From Lama glama (lineage: Eukaryota): a DNA stretch of 64,000 bases. The notes under the pieces were generated by a model that was given only the letters and a program-made list of their open reading frames with translations, made no database searches and was not told the origin of the DNA. Shown here one piece after another: positions 12,878 through 26,165 of this stretch. The position numbers and the translations under genes are program-made. Numbering within the stretch: the stretch's first letter is position 1; every line of letters begins with the position of its first letter. Where the stretch lies: contig CM052816.1 in the NCBI GenBank assembly GCA_028534125.1, forward strand, positions 47,060,001-47,124,000. Reading direction: 5' to 3'.

Positions 12878-14259
12878 CCCAGACATAAACCCTCCAAGAA
12901 GATACCAGCATAAAGTACAATGGGGCAGTGGTTCTCAAAATGTGATTCCAGAACGGGAGTTCCCATGAAAATCCTCCACATAGCCTGTGGATGGAGGCTG
13001 ATCAGCGGCCGTGGTCATCCTCTTTGTTCTGGTATAAGTGAATAATTTACGCATGATACATAGTAAAATTAGATGTCAGCTCATTAATGGCTCGTCAAAG
13101 AGAACACTAATTCTGATGACTTACTTTAATGGGTACGGCTGAAATAGGAGGAGTAGGCAGTGGATTCTTGGCTCTATCTGAGTGTCCCAAAGATTGAAAT
13201 ATTTTTGCAGTCTTATTCGGGGTCACTGGTTTCTATGGCATCCTGAGACTTCCAGACTACTGAAGATTTCCAGACAACTGTATTCTACCAGAAAAAAAAG
13301 TTTACCCATGCTAAAGGAGGGAGGTTTCAAATGACTATTCGGGTGTAATTGGAATGACTTCTCTTACTCTTGAGCTTTAACCATCCCCACCACTGTGGTA
13401 CCTCCCCAAAGTGAGCATGGTTCATAAAGTCTTCAGCCTGCCCTTTGGCACATTAACATATTCTTCCCAATCTCACAATGGTAGCACCTTAAGGGAAATA
13501 ATTATGGCCTTTTCCCCTTTTCATTTTTCTTTTTTTGTATCCTGAGTGCCTGAGTCTGCTCCATAGAGTCATCTTGAATGAACGCATGCAGATACCTGAA
13601 GTAGATGCTTTGCTGTTCAGTGATCCTTGATTACCTACATGTAAAATTACTATCATAAGGAAAGTAAAAAACATAATCCTAATGCTTTTTAGAAATGTTC
13701 AGCCACCTCACACCATGCCAAAATGTCTCCTTGTATAAAGGGCGGCCCCATGACAACCTCACTACTCTGCATCATCATTTGCAAGGGAACTTTCACGTCA
13801 TTGTCTCCCTGCCTCAGGTATACGATGCTATATTAAAACCCCTCTCTCAACCCCAAGCTTTAGTTCCCTGAAGCTTAGGTGTCATTACCAATTCCATGCT
13901 GTTTTGTAATAGCACCTAGACTATAGGGCTCAAGCATCTTACAACATGCTCTTTCATGAGCACCCATGTTTTGGAGAAAACGACCCGTTTGTCACCATTC
14001 AGGGCTCCTAATGTCAGGTCACTTCTCTGCTAGTACCTTTCCGGCCACCAGAGGTTGTGGAGGAGAAATACTGTGAAAAGACTATTTAAGTCTGATCACT
14101 GAAGCAATTAAACAATGCATCAGATTAAAGTGATATCACTAACCTAATAAATTAGACTTCTTAAAGGACTGGAGGAGAGAAAAAAAATTGATGAACTTTG
14201 ACTTCAAATTTGAGTTTTTGAGATATCTACCTCGGAACTTAACATTTCCAACTTGCATC

Positions 14260-14548
14260 TTTCTGTACTTTCGCATAATTATTCCTTCTATGTGAAATGT
14301 TCTTGCTCCCTCCAAATTCAGTCTTCTGGGACCATCTCCAATATGACTCCTCTGTGAAATCTTTCCCAATTGTGTCATTAAAACATGTGCTTGTAATTAA
14401 TTTCTTACACACATTTCTCCTTGGTCAAATTCTAAGGCCTGTGTCGTGTTCATCTACATTTATCTACATGTCTCGGTAACATTGAGTGTCTGATTAGTGT
14501 ATATTAGATACTCAGCCAACATTATGTTCAATGTAAATAATTGAGTGC
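14260..14548 (+). mobile_element. L2 LINE 3' end fragment
   Basis: ttccttctatgtgaaatgttctt...ctcctctgtgaaatctttccc...tagatactcagccaacattatgttcaatgtaaataattgagtg resembles a decayed L2 tail. Confidence 0.5.
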
Positions 14549-15414
14549 AACACCTCTCAGAGATTTCAGCTCCTTCTCCCTAAAATAGAATGTAGAATTA
14601 AGCCACGAAAAAGAAAGTCACCTTAAAATTTGTTATGTTTAAATTATTATTTAAAAAATCCACTCATCAAGGATGGATGAAAGAAAGAAAAATTTCCCCT
14701 TTGGCCTTACATCCTTGTCCTTTCAGAGTGGGCAGAAATCAAACATCATTCAGGACAATTTAATTCTCATGGTCCTGGGCTGCTTGATTATAATTATCTA
14801 CTGTAGCACTAACAAAGAAGAGGAAAACATATAAAAGGTAACGGCATCTGCCCTGACAAAACTAAGTTCCAAACAATCCGAAGGTCTTCACTTTTTCTGT
14901 GATGACTATATAGCTGAGGGGTCAAGCTCTGGTCATTTCCTCAAGCAAATATGATGAAACCAAAAGATCCAATAATATTTTTAACTTATAATACCTCATT
15001 AGAAAATTTAAATTTTGTACAAATGAATTATTAAGGTTGCAAATAACACTAGTTTCCTTTAGAGAATTATTTAAAGCTCTCTTTAAGTACTTACGGATAA
15101 CAGAGAATAAGAAAATTCTTATGTGATTGGTTAAAGGGCAAAGGTATGTGTGCTATTGACAGAGGGGCGGGGAGGGTGGTGGTGGGGAAAATTCCAGGTG
15201 ACTTCCATTCAACTAAATAGCGTGGCCCGTATTTGCTGAGCAGAAGAGCTAAGCAGTAGGTCAGTTAAGGAAGACTGACATGAAAGATGAGTGACTACTG
15301 AGTCAGAAGCCCTGGCAACAAAATCAGCGGGTTTTTTTTGTTTTTTTTTTTTACTGAAAAGAATGAATGCTTTATATAGCTAACTAAGGTGACTTCTCCT
15401 CCGTCAGCTAGGTA

Positions 15415-17759
15415 CAGGCAAACCTTGAAGATCTTGCCGGTTCGGTTCCAGACCACCACAGGAAAGTGAATATTTCAATAAGGTAAGTCACAATTGTTTT
15501 GGTTTCCCAGTCCATATTATGTTTACACTGTTCTGTAGTCTATGAAGTGTGCAATAGCATCATGCACCAAAAACAATGTACGAGCCTTAATTAAAAACTA
15601 CTTTATTGCTAAAAAATGCTAACCATTATGTGAGCCTTCTGCGAGTCACCATCTTTTTGCTGGTGGAGGCTCTTGCCTTGATGCTGATGGCTGCTGATCA
15701 GGTGGTGGTTGCAGAAAGTTGGGGTGGCTGTAGCAATTTCTTAAAATAAGACAGTGATGAAGCTTGCCTTGCTGACTCTTTCACAAGCAGTTTCTCTGTA
15801 GCATGAAACACCGTTTGATAGCATTTTACCAACCGTAGAACTTCTTTCAAAGTTGGAGTCAACCTCTCAAACCCAGTCACTGCCTTATCAACTAAGTTTA
15901 TGTAATATTCTAAATCTTTTGTTGTCATTGCAGTAATCTGCACAGCATCTTCATCAGGAGTAGATTTCTTCTATTTTCTTTGCTCGTCCATAAGAAGCAA
16001 CCCCTCACCTGTTAACATTTGATCATGAGATTGTAGCCGTTCAGTCACATCTTCAGGCTACACTTCTATTTCAAGTTCTCTAGTTATTTCCACCACAGCT
16101 GCACCTCTTCCTCCACTGAAGTCTTGACCCCCTCGAGGTCATCCATGAGGGTTAGAATCAATTCTTTCCAACTCCTGTCAATGCTGATTTTTTGACCTCT
16201 TCCCATGAATCACGAATATTCTTAATGGCATCTAGAATGGTGAATTTTTTCCAGAAATTTTTCAATTTGCTTTGCCCAGATCCATCAGAGGAATCACTGT
16301 GTGTGGCAGCTATGGTCTTACAAAATGTGTTTCTTAATTAATAAGACTTGAAAGTTGAAAGTGCTCCTTGATCCATGGGCTGTAGAATGGGTGTTCTGTT
16401 GGCAGCCATGAAAACATCATTAATTTGGGGTGACCGGGTACATTGTCAATGAGCAGTAATATTTTGAAATGAATATTTTTTTTCTGAGCTTTAGGTCTCA
16501 ACAATGGGCTTAAAATATTCAGCAAGCCACGTTGTAAGCAGATGTGCTGTCACCCAGGCTTTATGGTACCATTTAGAGAGCACAGGCAGAGGAGGTTCAG
16601 CGTAATTCTTAAGGGTCTTGGGCTTTTCAAAATGGTAAACGAGCACTTCAATTTAAAGTCACAAGCTGCATTAGCCCAAAATTAGATTCAGTCTGTCTTT
16701 TGAAGCTTTGAAGCCAGGTATTGACTTCTCCTCTCTAGCAATTAAAGTCCTAAATGGCATTTTCTTCTGAAAGAAGGCTGTTTCATCTACCTTGAAAATC
16801 AGTTGTGGTATAATCACCTCCATTGATGGTCTCACCTAGGTCTTCTGGATAACCTGCTGCAGCTTCAGCGTCAGCAATTGCTGCTTCACCTCTGATTTTG
16901 GAGGTGCTGTCTTTCCTTCAACCTCATGTACCAACCTCTGTTAACTTGAAACTTTCCTTCTGCAGCTTCCTCACCTCTCTCAGCCTTCACAGAATTGCAG
17001 AGAGTCAGGGCCTTGCTCTGGATTAGTCTTTGGCTTAAGGGAATGTTGTAGCTGGTTTGACTTTCTATCCAGACCATTAAAACTTTCTCCATATCGGCCA
17101 TAAGGCTATTTTACTTTCTTATCATTCATGTGTTCACTGAAGTAGCACTTTTAATTTCCTTCAAGAACTTTTCTTTTGCATTTAAAACTTGGCTGACTGT
17201 TTGGCACTAGAGACCTAGCTTTTGGCCTGTCTCCGCTTTCAACATGCCTTCCTCACTAAGCTTAATTATTTCTACCTTTTGACTTAAACTGAGAGATGTG
17301 TGACCCTTCCTTTCAGTTGAATACTTAGAGGCCATGAAAGGGTTATTAATTGGCCTATTGTCAATATTGTTGTGTCTCAGACAATGGGAGACCCGAGGAA
17401 AGAGAGAGAGATGGGGAACGGCTGGTCAGTGGAGCGAGCAGTCAGAACATTAGTTAAGTTCACTGTCTCATATGGGCGTGGTTTGTGGTGCCCTGAAAGG
17501 ATTATAATAGTAACATCAAAGATCACTGATCACAGGTCACTATAAAAAATAAAATAATGATGACATTTTGAAATACTGTGAGAATTGCCAAAATGTGACA
17601 GAGACATAAAGTGAACAAACGCTGTTGGAAAAATAACGCTGATAGACTTGCTCGATGCAAGTTCACCACAAACCTTCAATTTGTGGGGGGAAAAAAAAGA
17701 AACAACACAGTATCTGTGAAGCACAATAAAGCAAATTGCGATAAAATGAGATATGCCTG
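15415..17759 (-). mobile_element. Tigger1 DNA transposon, near full length (2345 bp), transposase pseudogenised
   Basis: TIRs caggcaaacct... and ...gagatatgcctg, preceded by TA. Minus-strand ORF fragments are transposase-like: 16886-17101 ([35 protein letters not shown]-type HTH), 16334-16525 (FKILLLIDNVPGHP, catalytic region) and 15698-15943 (MTTKDLEYYINLVDKA). Multiple frameshifts and stops. Confidence 0.95.
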
Positions 17760-20049
17760 CACATACTTTGAGTAAAGTACACCTCGAGGCTCAGTTCCCT
17801 CATCTGTCAGTGGGGCCCCCGTAACATCCTTCACAAATGAGCAGAGGCGGACCGGAGATGAGAGTTCTTTCTGAACTCACCTGGAAAGGGTGAAAGCTAA
17901 GACAGAGGATGCTACTGGGTGCTGAATTGTAGAAGAAACATCTGAATGCAAGGCTGAGTATTGGGGTCTATTCCAATGATGACAGAACTATAGGATGATG
18001 TGGAATTGATAAATAAGTAAATAGCTCTCTGTGTCTGATTCCTCGCCGATGGACCAGGAGAGGTTTTCAGCACATATAAAGCCGTTAAAACTTCTAAGCA
18101 AAAGCAAAGACTTAAAAGTCACTTGTGGGTCACAGAAGCTAAACGAGCTCACGCTGACACAGTTTGCTAGAGAAGCATTGTGGAGTCTTCACACACAAGG
18201 CGTGTTGCTTTCTAGTCTAGCCTCTCTTTCTTTTCAAGGGAGGTTACAGGAGAGACATTTATAAAGGTTGGGCACTGAGATGGAATCCTGCATCATTATG
18301 GTGCACGACATGATAATCCCGGATGAGGGATGACGGCAGTCTCACGAGTGAGTCAGGATGCTGTCAAGATGAGTTCTGGCCCTTGTGAGAATGGTTCACA
18401 GGTGATCCCCAGTTTCACAAGGTTGCCACATCTGCTTGGTCAGATACTCTACATCAGAAAGAAGTCTACTCATGAATTCTTAGAAGAAAATCTGAGAGAG
18501 CAGAGCAGTATCTTTCTCCCCTGATGAGCTATGTCCAGCAGCCTCCCTTCACTGATTCCGTAGTGTCAGGCAATACGGCGCCTTCGAATATTCCAGAGAC
18601 TGAACCTCCTCTCGTGGCTATTCACCTGAGCTCTCAGAATCAGGAATGAAATGTCACAGGGTCTGAAAATGGGAGTCCTTAATACGGGAGGGTATTAGTT
18701 ACTTGAAAAAAGTAGTAAATTTCCTCTGTCCCTAGTTTACAACCTGGTTGCTACTTAGGCATTAAGAGAAGCAGCCTAATTATTTCCCATTTCAACACTT
18801 GGACTTCATACTTCGTTAGTAGCTGTTAGTTCTTCCTTTAGACCACTCAGTGACACAGATGCCTATTAGTCCCATGGTTCGAGTGAAAAAAACTGAGACA
18901 GAGCAAAGTTAAGGAATTAGTTCCCACCCACCTGGAATTTTAAACATATTAAATGCTTACGCTGGTCCACCTCTTTCCACATACAGTGCAGACCGTAACA
19001 CCCAATGGATTGATTAACCAGTGTGACCCTGCTGCCCACCTCTTCTCCTCCTCCATTCCTGCAACGAGGGGCAGGCTTCAGTTAACAGAAAATAAGTGGA
19101 CAAGATAATAAGCGGAAATCTTTTATTGAATTTCTTTAAAAAGCCAGTAGTCCAGTGACCATTCTATCATTCTGAAATTTTGTTCCCTGTCTTCCGGAGT
19201 ATCTCCTCAGCTGAGTGTCCAGTACCTTTGAGGCCCAGAGTCTCTTTTAGTGGAAGGAATTTGTGTTTACATTCCTCTCACATCTTGCAGAGATAGTTTC
19301 TGTCAAGAATCTTTGGGTTTAATGAAAACCTCTAGGTTTCTTTTCTCAGACCATAAGTTTAATTATAATATTTTCAAGATTTGCAAGACACATAATTTCC
19401 CCTTAACATGAACTTTTCCCTAGTAGAATTTTAGCTTTGTATTTCAATGAACTCTTGTACATGTTTTAAAAAAAGTTCATTGGTTAGAAAATTAGTCTTG
19501 CTATGTTTCCAAGTATTCAAGACTTATAAATTTAAAACAAAATAAAACAGTTTGATTTACTTAGGAAAACTAACCTCAAAAGAGAAAAAAAAACATACTT
19601 GTTAAGCTTTGAATTTAAACTTAAAGTTTCATACTGGGGAATTTTTTCGCCACTTCTCTTTTTAACTAATTCATGTCTCACAAATCGAGTTTAATTTTCC
19701 TAATATTGTTAAACTGAGTTCCTCTTCAATAACCTTATCTAGCCATGAGAATGAAGAAATTTTTTGCTTGTTTGTTTTTCAAGGTCAGACTTAATGTATA
19801 TTGTTCACAAAGTGATGGGGAAAAGGCCACTTTGAGAAAAGTTATTTATACGAGTCATTTTTTGGAAATGATTCAAATGAAGGGGTGATATGTACTTGCT
19901 GAGTGGCCCATGGACTGCAGCCTTGACTTTGGGATGCTCTGTCCTCTTGAAGCTTGGGGTTTCCTCTCTGTCCAGTGAAACAGGTGGTCTCCAGCTGCCC
20001 CAGCTGTAGTCACTCACACAGACGTCCTGATTTTTAACATATAAGTGAC

Positions 20050-20571
20050 TACAGCCTTTATTTAATATTCGAACTACTGTACAAATATTACTGCAGTAAT
20101 TTTTCTGACTTTTTATCTTTAAATTAACTTATTTTTGACTTAAACAATTGTGTTTTAAAAGGAAGTTTTGTGACCCTGCCGTAAACAGACAATAACCAGG
20201 AAAAAATTAATTTCATGAAAACCGTATAGTCCTGTTAAGTTCTAGCTTCACACTGTTGCATGCTAAAGACTGAGCCTGAGGCTTGCCTTCTATTTCTTAA
20301 AAAGGAAAACTGTTGGATAGTTCTTTGTCAGCACCAGCCTGACTTTCTTCTTGATATAATTAGAAGTCTCAAAAAACCTGAAATGTAGTGAGTTTTTTTT
20401 TTACATTTTTATTGATTCATAATCATTTTACAGTGTTGTGTCAAATTCCAGTGTTCAGTACAATTTTTCAGTCTGTAGTGAGTTTTTCATTGCATTGTTC
20501 AACATTGACATGCCTCCTAAAATTATCTTGTACACACTAACGGTACACATCCCTCAACCTGGGAAACACTG
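20050..20571. mobile_element. Possible decayed hAT-Charlie element
   Basis: Ends in ggtacacatccctcaacctgggaaacactg, a hAT-like terminus. Left boundary uncertain. Confidence 0.3.
20398..20473 (-). mobile_element. Extremely 5'-truncated young L1 (3' tip only)
   Basis: Poly-T followed by acatttttattgattcataatcattttacagtgttgtgtcaaattccagtg. Perfect 14-bp TSD tgtagtgagttttt at 20384-20397 and 20474-20487. Confidence 0.85.
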
Positions 20572-21165
20572 GGTTGTATGTTGTCCAAGGCCTCTGCCAG
20601 CTATCACAGTTTATTATGCTGGAAATCAGGGATTGCAATTTACAGACACGCCGGAGACACAGAAGTACGTTACTCTGCTGGTGTTTGAAAAGCTGAGACA
20701 CAGACATCTGGTAGGAAAAGCTGACTCTTCTCTCTCCTCCATGATTCTGGGTAACTTGTTCAGACATGAAAAGATAATGAGGAAGTGTGAATAAGAGCAG
20801 AAGTGAGGATTCAGCTGGTCAGTGTGATTTGGTTGTTGCAGAAGACCTTTATCTAACAATCAAATTGGAAAATGTCATTAAATCAGTCAAAACGATTTTT
20901 AGTGGAGCCAAAAGGCAAATGCTGTGATCAGTTTAACAAAGTAGCTGTATTTTGATAAAGAATTGATGCAGTTTTGGTAATATTGCCAAACTTACTCAAC
21001 TTCAGCTTGCTCTAATGGCCCAGTGACCATTTACATGATGAAAGTGATTGTTTTAAAAACTGAAATGAATAGCTATTTCTGCTTATAACTTTGTGTTTGT
21101 TTCTTGCTATAAGCTTGTACACTTAGACACAGAGTGAAACCTCAGTTCAAGAACTTTACTTTCTC

Positions 21166-21890
21166 GTTCGTGAACTTCTGAATGATGGCCATTCTGACTG
21201 GTGTGAGGTGATACCTCACTGTAGTTTTGATTTGCATTTCTCTGATAATTACTGATATTGAGCATTTTTTCATGTGCCTATTGGCCATTTGTATGTCTTC
21301 ACTGCAGAACTGCTTGTTTAGCTCTTATGTCTATTTTTGGATTGGGCTGTTTGTTTTTTTCTTATTAAGTTGTATGAGCTGTTTATATGTTCTGGAAATT
21401 AAACCTTTGTCAGTCACATCATTTGCAAATATTTTCTCCAATTCTGTAGATTTTTTTGTTTTGCTTATGATTTCCTCTGCTGTGCAAAAGCTTTTAAGTT
21501 TAACTAGGTCCCATTCGTTAATTTTTGCTGTTATTGCTATTGCCTGGGTAGACTGTCTTAAGAGAACATTGCTAAGATTTATGTTTGAGAATGTTTTTCC
21601 TATGTTTTCTTCTAGGAGGTTTACTGTGTCTTGTCTTATATTTAAGTCTTTAAGCCATTTTGAGTTTTTTTGTGTGTGTCTGGTGTGAAGGAGTGTTCTA
21701 ACTTCATTGACTTCCATGCTGCTATCCACTTGCTGAAGAGACTGTCTTTTCTCCATGGTATATTCTTGCCTCCTTTGTCAAAGATTAATTGACCATAGTT
21801 CTGTAGGTTTATTTCTGGGCTCTCTCTTCTGTTTCATTGATCCATGTCTGTTTTTATGCCAGTACCATGCTGTTTTGATTACTGTAGCTC
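21166..21890 (-). mobile_element. L1 ORF2 segment, inverted 5' part of a 5'-inverted L1
   Basis: Minus ORF 21331-21756 contains [25 protein letters not shown]...[18 protein letters not shown]...[21 protein letters not shown], the L1 ORF2p C-terminal region. Confidence 0.93.
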
Positions 21891-22651
21891 TGCTGGAAAG
21901 GGTGTAGAGAAAAGGGAACCCTCCTATACTGCTGGTGGGAATGTAGTTTGGTGCAGCCATTATGGAAAATAGTATGGAGATTCCTCAAAAAATTAAAAAT
22001 AGGCTTATCATATGACCCAGCAATTCCACTCCTGGGCATATATCTGGAGGGAACTCTAATTCAAAAACATACATGCTCCTCAGTATTCATAGCAGCACTA
22101 TTTACAATAGCTAAGACATGGAAGCAACCTAAATGTTCATCAACAGGTGACTGGATAAAGAAGCTGTGGTATATTTTTATAATGGAATACTACTCAGTCA
22201 TAAAAAAGAATAAAATAATGCCATTTGAAGCAATATGGATGGAACTAGAGATTATCATTCTAAGTGAAGTAAGCCAGAAAGAGAAAGAAAAATACCATCT
22301 GATATCACTCATATGTGGAATTTAAAAAAAGAAAAAAAGAAGATACTAATGAACTCATTTACAAAACAAAAACAGACTCTCAGGCATAGTAAACAATCTT
22401 ATGGTTACCAGGGGAAAGGAGGTGGGAAGGGATAAATTTGCGAATTTGAGATTTGCAAAAGCTGGCCAATATATATAAAAATAGATTTAAAAATAAATTT
22501 CTTCTGTATAGCACAGGGAACTACATTCAATATCTTGTAATAACCCTTAATGAAAAAGAATATGAACATGAGTATATGTATGTATGTGCATGACAAGGAC
22601 GTTGTGCTATACATTAGAAACTGACACATTGTAACTGACTATTAAAAAAAA
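21891..22651 (+). mobile_element. L1 ORF2 end, 3'UTR and poly-A (non-inverted part of the same insertion)
   Basis: ORF 21948-22325 [31 protein letters not shown]...WMELEIIILSEVSQKEKEKYHLISLICGI is the ORF2p C-terminus, followed by a 3'UTR and an A-tail at 22644-22651. Confidence 0.95.
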
Positions 22652-24639
22652 GAAAGACTACTTTCTCCTTTGTAGGGCTGCTAGAGTTACACAAATGATC
22701 AAAGCTTAGAATCTTTCTGTTACCTAGCATGAAGTAAAATGAGTAACTAAAGCTGACTTGCATAGAAAGTAGTAATGGAAAATGAGCAGGGAAATTCATT
22801 GTTATTTTTTGACTTCTACTGTGAACATAAAACTGTGAACATACTGACGAGTGAGATATCACTATTTTTCAATAATCCATTTTACTTGGCAGGAACTCCA
22901 AGGAGTTCCATCCATCTGCCTGGGACTTAGAGGTGATACTTTTCATAAGATTAAAGCTGGTGCTAGTCACTTCAGACACTCACTTCTGAGTGGGAGATAG
23001 GCGGATCACCCTCACCGAAAGCAGCCTCACAAAGCGCCCAGGGCACCTGCCACTGTGAGACTGCATTTTCAGTTAGTGCAAGCTGCTCCCTTCTGCTTTC
23101 ACCTACTTAATTCCTACTGCACTCTGCTTAGAAAACAAAGAACACAGGCCAGTCCTACAAGTTGCAAGGCAAATTACCCACAGTATCTGCAGAACCAGAC
23201 CCTGGGTTAGGATCTTGAAATTCAGTGGCTTGGTGTTTTGCGAGCAAGAGCCGAGGAACCAGGAGACCTGGGTGCCAGGTCCCAACTAACTGTGAGACAT
23301 TGAGCAACCTTCTTTTCTTCACTGATTTTCAGTGGGAAAGGGTGGGGAAGGGATCTGCCTAGTCATTTCTTACTTTAACATCCTTTGATTCTGTCTACTT
23401 CCTATGGTATTATAATGATACCTAGCACTAAAAATATTATTCACTAATCCCAGACTTTAAAGTAGCAACTCACTCTGGCAGAAGGTTTTAAAAAGAATAG
23501 GCCGCATAAACTCATATCAAGTCATGCACTTTATTAAGGAATTAATAATAGACTCACAACTAGACAGATACTATGTTTTTGATTTGCTGGTTAACTCATT
23601 GACTGTGCTATATATTGACCTTCAGAAAGCTAAAGAATGATGGGTATGGACCTAACCATTAGGTAATTGATCTTCAAGCATACCTGCATTAATATTTTAT
23701 TGATTGCATTTCATTTTAATTGTAGTGTGGTTAAAATTCCAACAAGTATCTTCCTTTATGTGAAAACCCCAGAGAACAGCAGCTTTGAAACATTTATCAT
23801 AAAAATAAACACAGACAATTAACCAACAATTATGCTTATAAATGTCTGTGACTGGACGAATATAGATCTTCTTGTAGAAAACCAGTGATTGTCTGGAGTT
23901 TTACCGGGAGAGCATGTTTCCACAGATATGTGGAATATTTCTAACCTAGAAGCCTAGCCGGGAAAATAGCTCTACTATTATTTATTTGTCCACAACAGCT
24001 TCATTTTACAACCTAAAACTCAAAGCCAAAGACTATGTTTTCCAAACACTTTGTCAAAAGCAAAGGAATACATTTATTTATTTTAAATTTGAGCCAAAAT
24101 GTGATAATTTGTCATCATACAATTTTAAACTCTAATGTTCTTTTTTCCAAGAGCAGTGGTCTAATTTTAAGCAAGCTAGCAGGGAAAGGTAATTTCGGTC
24201 AGCCCCCATCTGTTGAAATTCGACTATCCTAAATAAGTAAGTGGTAAACTTCAGTAGGAGTTTGGCCCAGCTTATTATGAAAGTTGCTCCAGAGAAATGA
24301 CCTTCGGTTTGCTGGAGTCCCCTCCCTCGGGTCATTCATTCAGCACACCAGTGAGAGCCTACTGTGTGTCAGGCACATAATAGTCTTCCCACGTGCATTC
24401 CTCATCACACACTAAAGTATCCAGTGACCCAAGCTTGGGACCACATTTCAGAGGCCAAATATCAACTCGCTCCTACAAATGGAAAAGAAAAGGAAGTCAG
24501 AGCTAGTAACCAGGAAAAAGTGTTCCATGCCAGTGATCGCAAGACCTCCTTCAGCTCCGCCCTCGCTTTCCTGAATTACGTACTTTCTATACCTAATTCC
24601 CTTCAGCCTCTGTAGGCTGCCTCCGTAGCCAGACAGATT

Positions 24640-24835
24640 TGGTTTTGAATGCTCACTTCTCCACTAGCCAGATGTGGAACCTGGCAAGTTTTTAAAACCT
24701 CTTGAAGCCTAAGCTTCTTCTCTAAGTTAGAAATAATAATATCCTACCCAAGGTTGCTGCGGGGATAAGATGAGATAATGTGAGTAAAGCTCTTAGTACT
24801 GCTTTGCAAATGATAAGCACTCAGGAGAGTGTAGC
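24640..24835 (+). mobile_element. MIR SINE
   Basis: ttgaatgctcacttctccactagccagatgtggaacctggcaagttt...aataatatcctacccaaggttgctgcggggataagatgagataatg. Confidence 0.7.
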
Positions 24836-25281
24836 TTCCATTTAATCTTGCCATTAGCGGAGAACAGCGATGACAGATGAACTAAGATTTATCAGGTTCC
24901 TTGTACTCCTTGGGCAAAAAGAGGTTCGGGAAATTATCCTCTCTCCCTCCTCTCCCCACCCCCAACTCACTCAAGTTTCTTCTTTATGAATTTGAGAGCT
25001 AATTCTCTAATTTTTGTACCCTCTTTCCTTTCGTCTCCTCTTTCTAATTCTTCATGATTCAGTTTAGAATTGTCACTGTACATCAGCGTAACCGTCAACA
25101 AAGCAAAAGAGCAAAAGAAAAACAGTAAAAATTCAAATCACTAGCTGAAAGTAGTAAATATTCCTAAGTGGTGAAATTACGTGATAATTTTTACCTTCTT
25201 CACATATGCTTTTTTTTGTTTTCCAGACTTCTACATTAACATGTATTATTTTTATAAGAAGAAAAAAATGTACTTTAAAAA

Positions 25282-25305
25282 GTGTGTGTGTGTGTGTGTG
25301 TGTGT
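25282..25305. repeat. (GT)12 microsatellite
   Basis: Directly visible. Confidence 0.9.
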
Positions 25306-25419
25306 CTGTGTTGTAGCCAGAGGAATTTATATATTAAGCTCAGTTAAAGGTACGGTTGTAGGAGATTGTCTGAAATGACCAGAGCATGCATGAATACCAA
25401 AAGAAAACTATTTCAGCAA

Positions 25420-25590
25420 AAAGCTCAGGACTTAGAGTTAAAGACATTGATTTAAATCCTAGCACAACCATTTAGTAGCTGTATGACCTTAGTCACTTAA
25501 TATAGCTAAGCCTCATTTCTCTCATCCATAAAATGGGGTAGTATTACCATTCTCCAGTGATTCCTTGAAGATTAAGTGAGATTGATGTGA
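25420..25590 (+). mobile_element. MIR SINE
   Basis: tttaaatcctagcacaaccatttagtagctgtatgacctt...aagcctcatttctctcatccataaaatgggg. Confidence 0.75.
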
Positions 25591-25974
25591 AAAACGTATG
25601 ATCTATGGTACGAGTGAGAGCTCAGCTGTATTAGTTGACTTATTACCTGAAGAGTATATAAATATTTTTTTAAAAGATTAACCAGAAAATTTAGACCAAA
25701 GCTTCTACACTAATTAAAATTATCTCATGCATTTGGATGTTCCATCCATACCTGAAATATAACATGGTAAAAACTAAACTTAATATTTTTCCACATAGTC
25801 CCTTCCCAAAGTAGCTCCTTTTCTTTTCTTTATTAGTACTGTTAATGAAAAAGATCCACTTTATAGTTCCCTATGCTAATAACATCAATTCATTCTGACT
25901 TCTGATTTTGCAATATTCAGTCTGTTCCTTGTTCCAGCTGAGGTTTCCACTGAAATACTGGTTTGATTTCACTC

Positions 25975-26165
25975 TTTTTCTAAACCTCAGCACTACTGGC
26001 ATTTTGGGCTGGGCTATTTTTGTTGTGGGGGTCTGTCCTGTGCATTGTAGGATGTTTAGTAGCATCCTTTGTCCTGGACCACATATTTTGTGATGACCAA
26101 AAATGTCCCTAGACATTGCCAAATGTCCCTGGGGAGGCAAAATCACTCCCAGTTGAAAATCACTG
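25975..26165 (-). mobile_element. MER20 (hAT-Charlie non-autonomous DNA transposon)
   Basis: ctgtcctgtgcattgtaggatgtttag...aaaaatgtccctagacattgccaaatgtccctggggaggcaaaatcactcccagttgaaaatcactg matches the reverse complement of MER20. Confidence 0.88.

Noticed and set aside
12693..12981. Three overlapping ORFs
   Set aside because: Stop-free frames caused by the TG/TA microsatellite.
14040..14060. CTCF-like site cggccaccagaggttgtg
   Set aside because: Mismatches in the 3' GGC core; not supportable without data.
21227..21688. 153-aa hydrophobic ORF
   Set aside because: Antisense reading of L1 ORF2, a well-known artefact.
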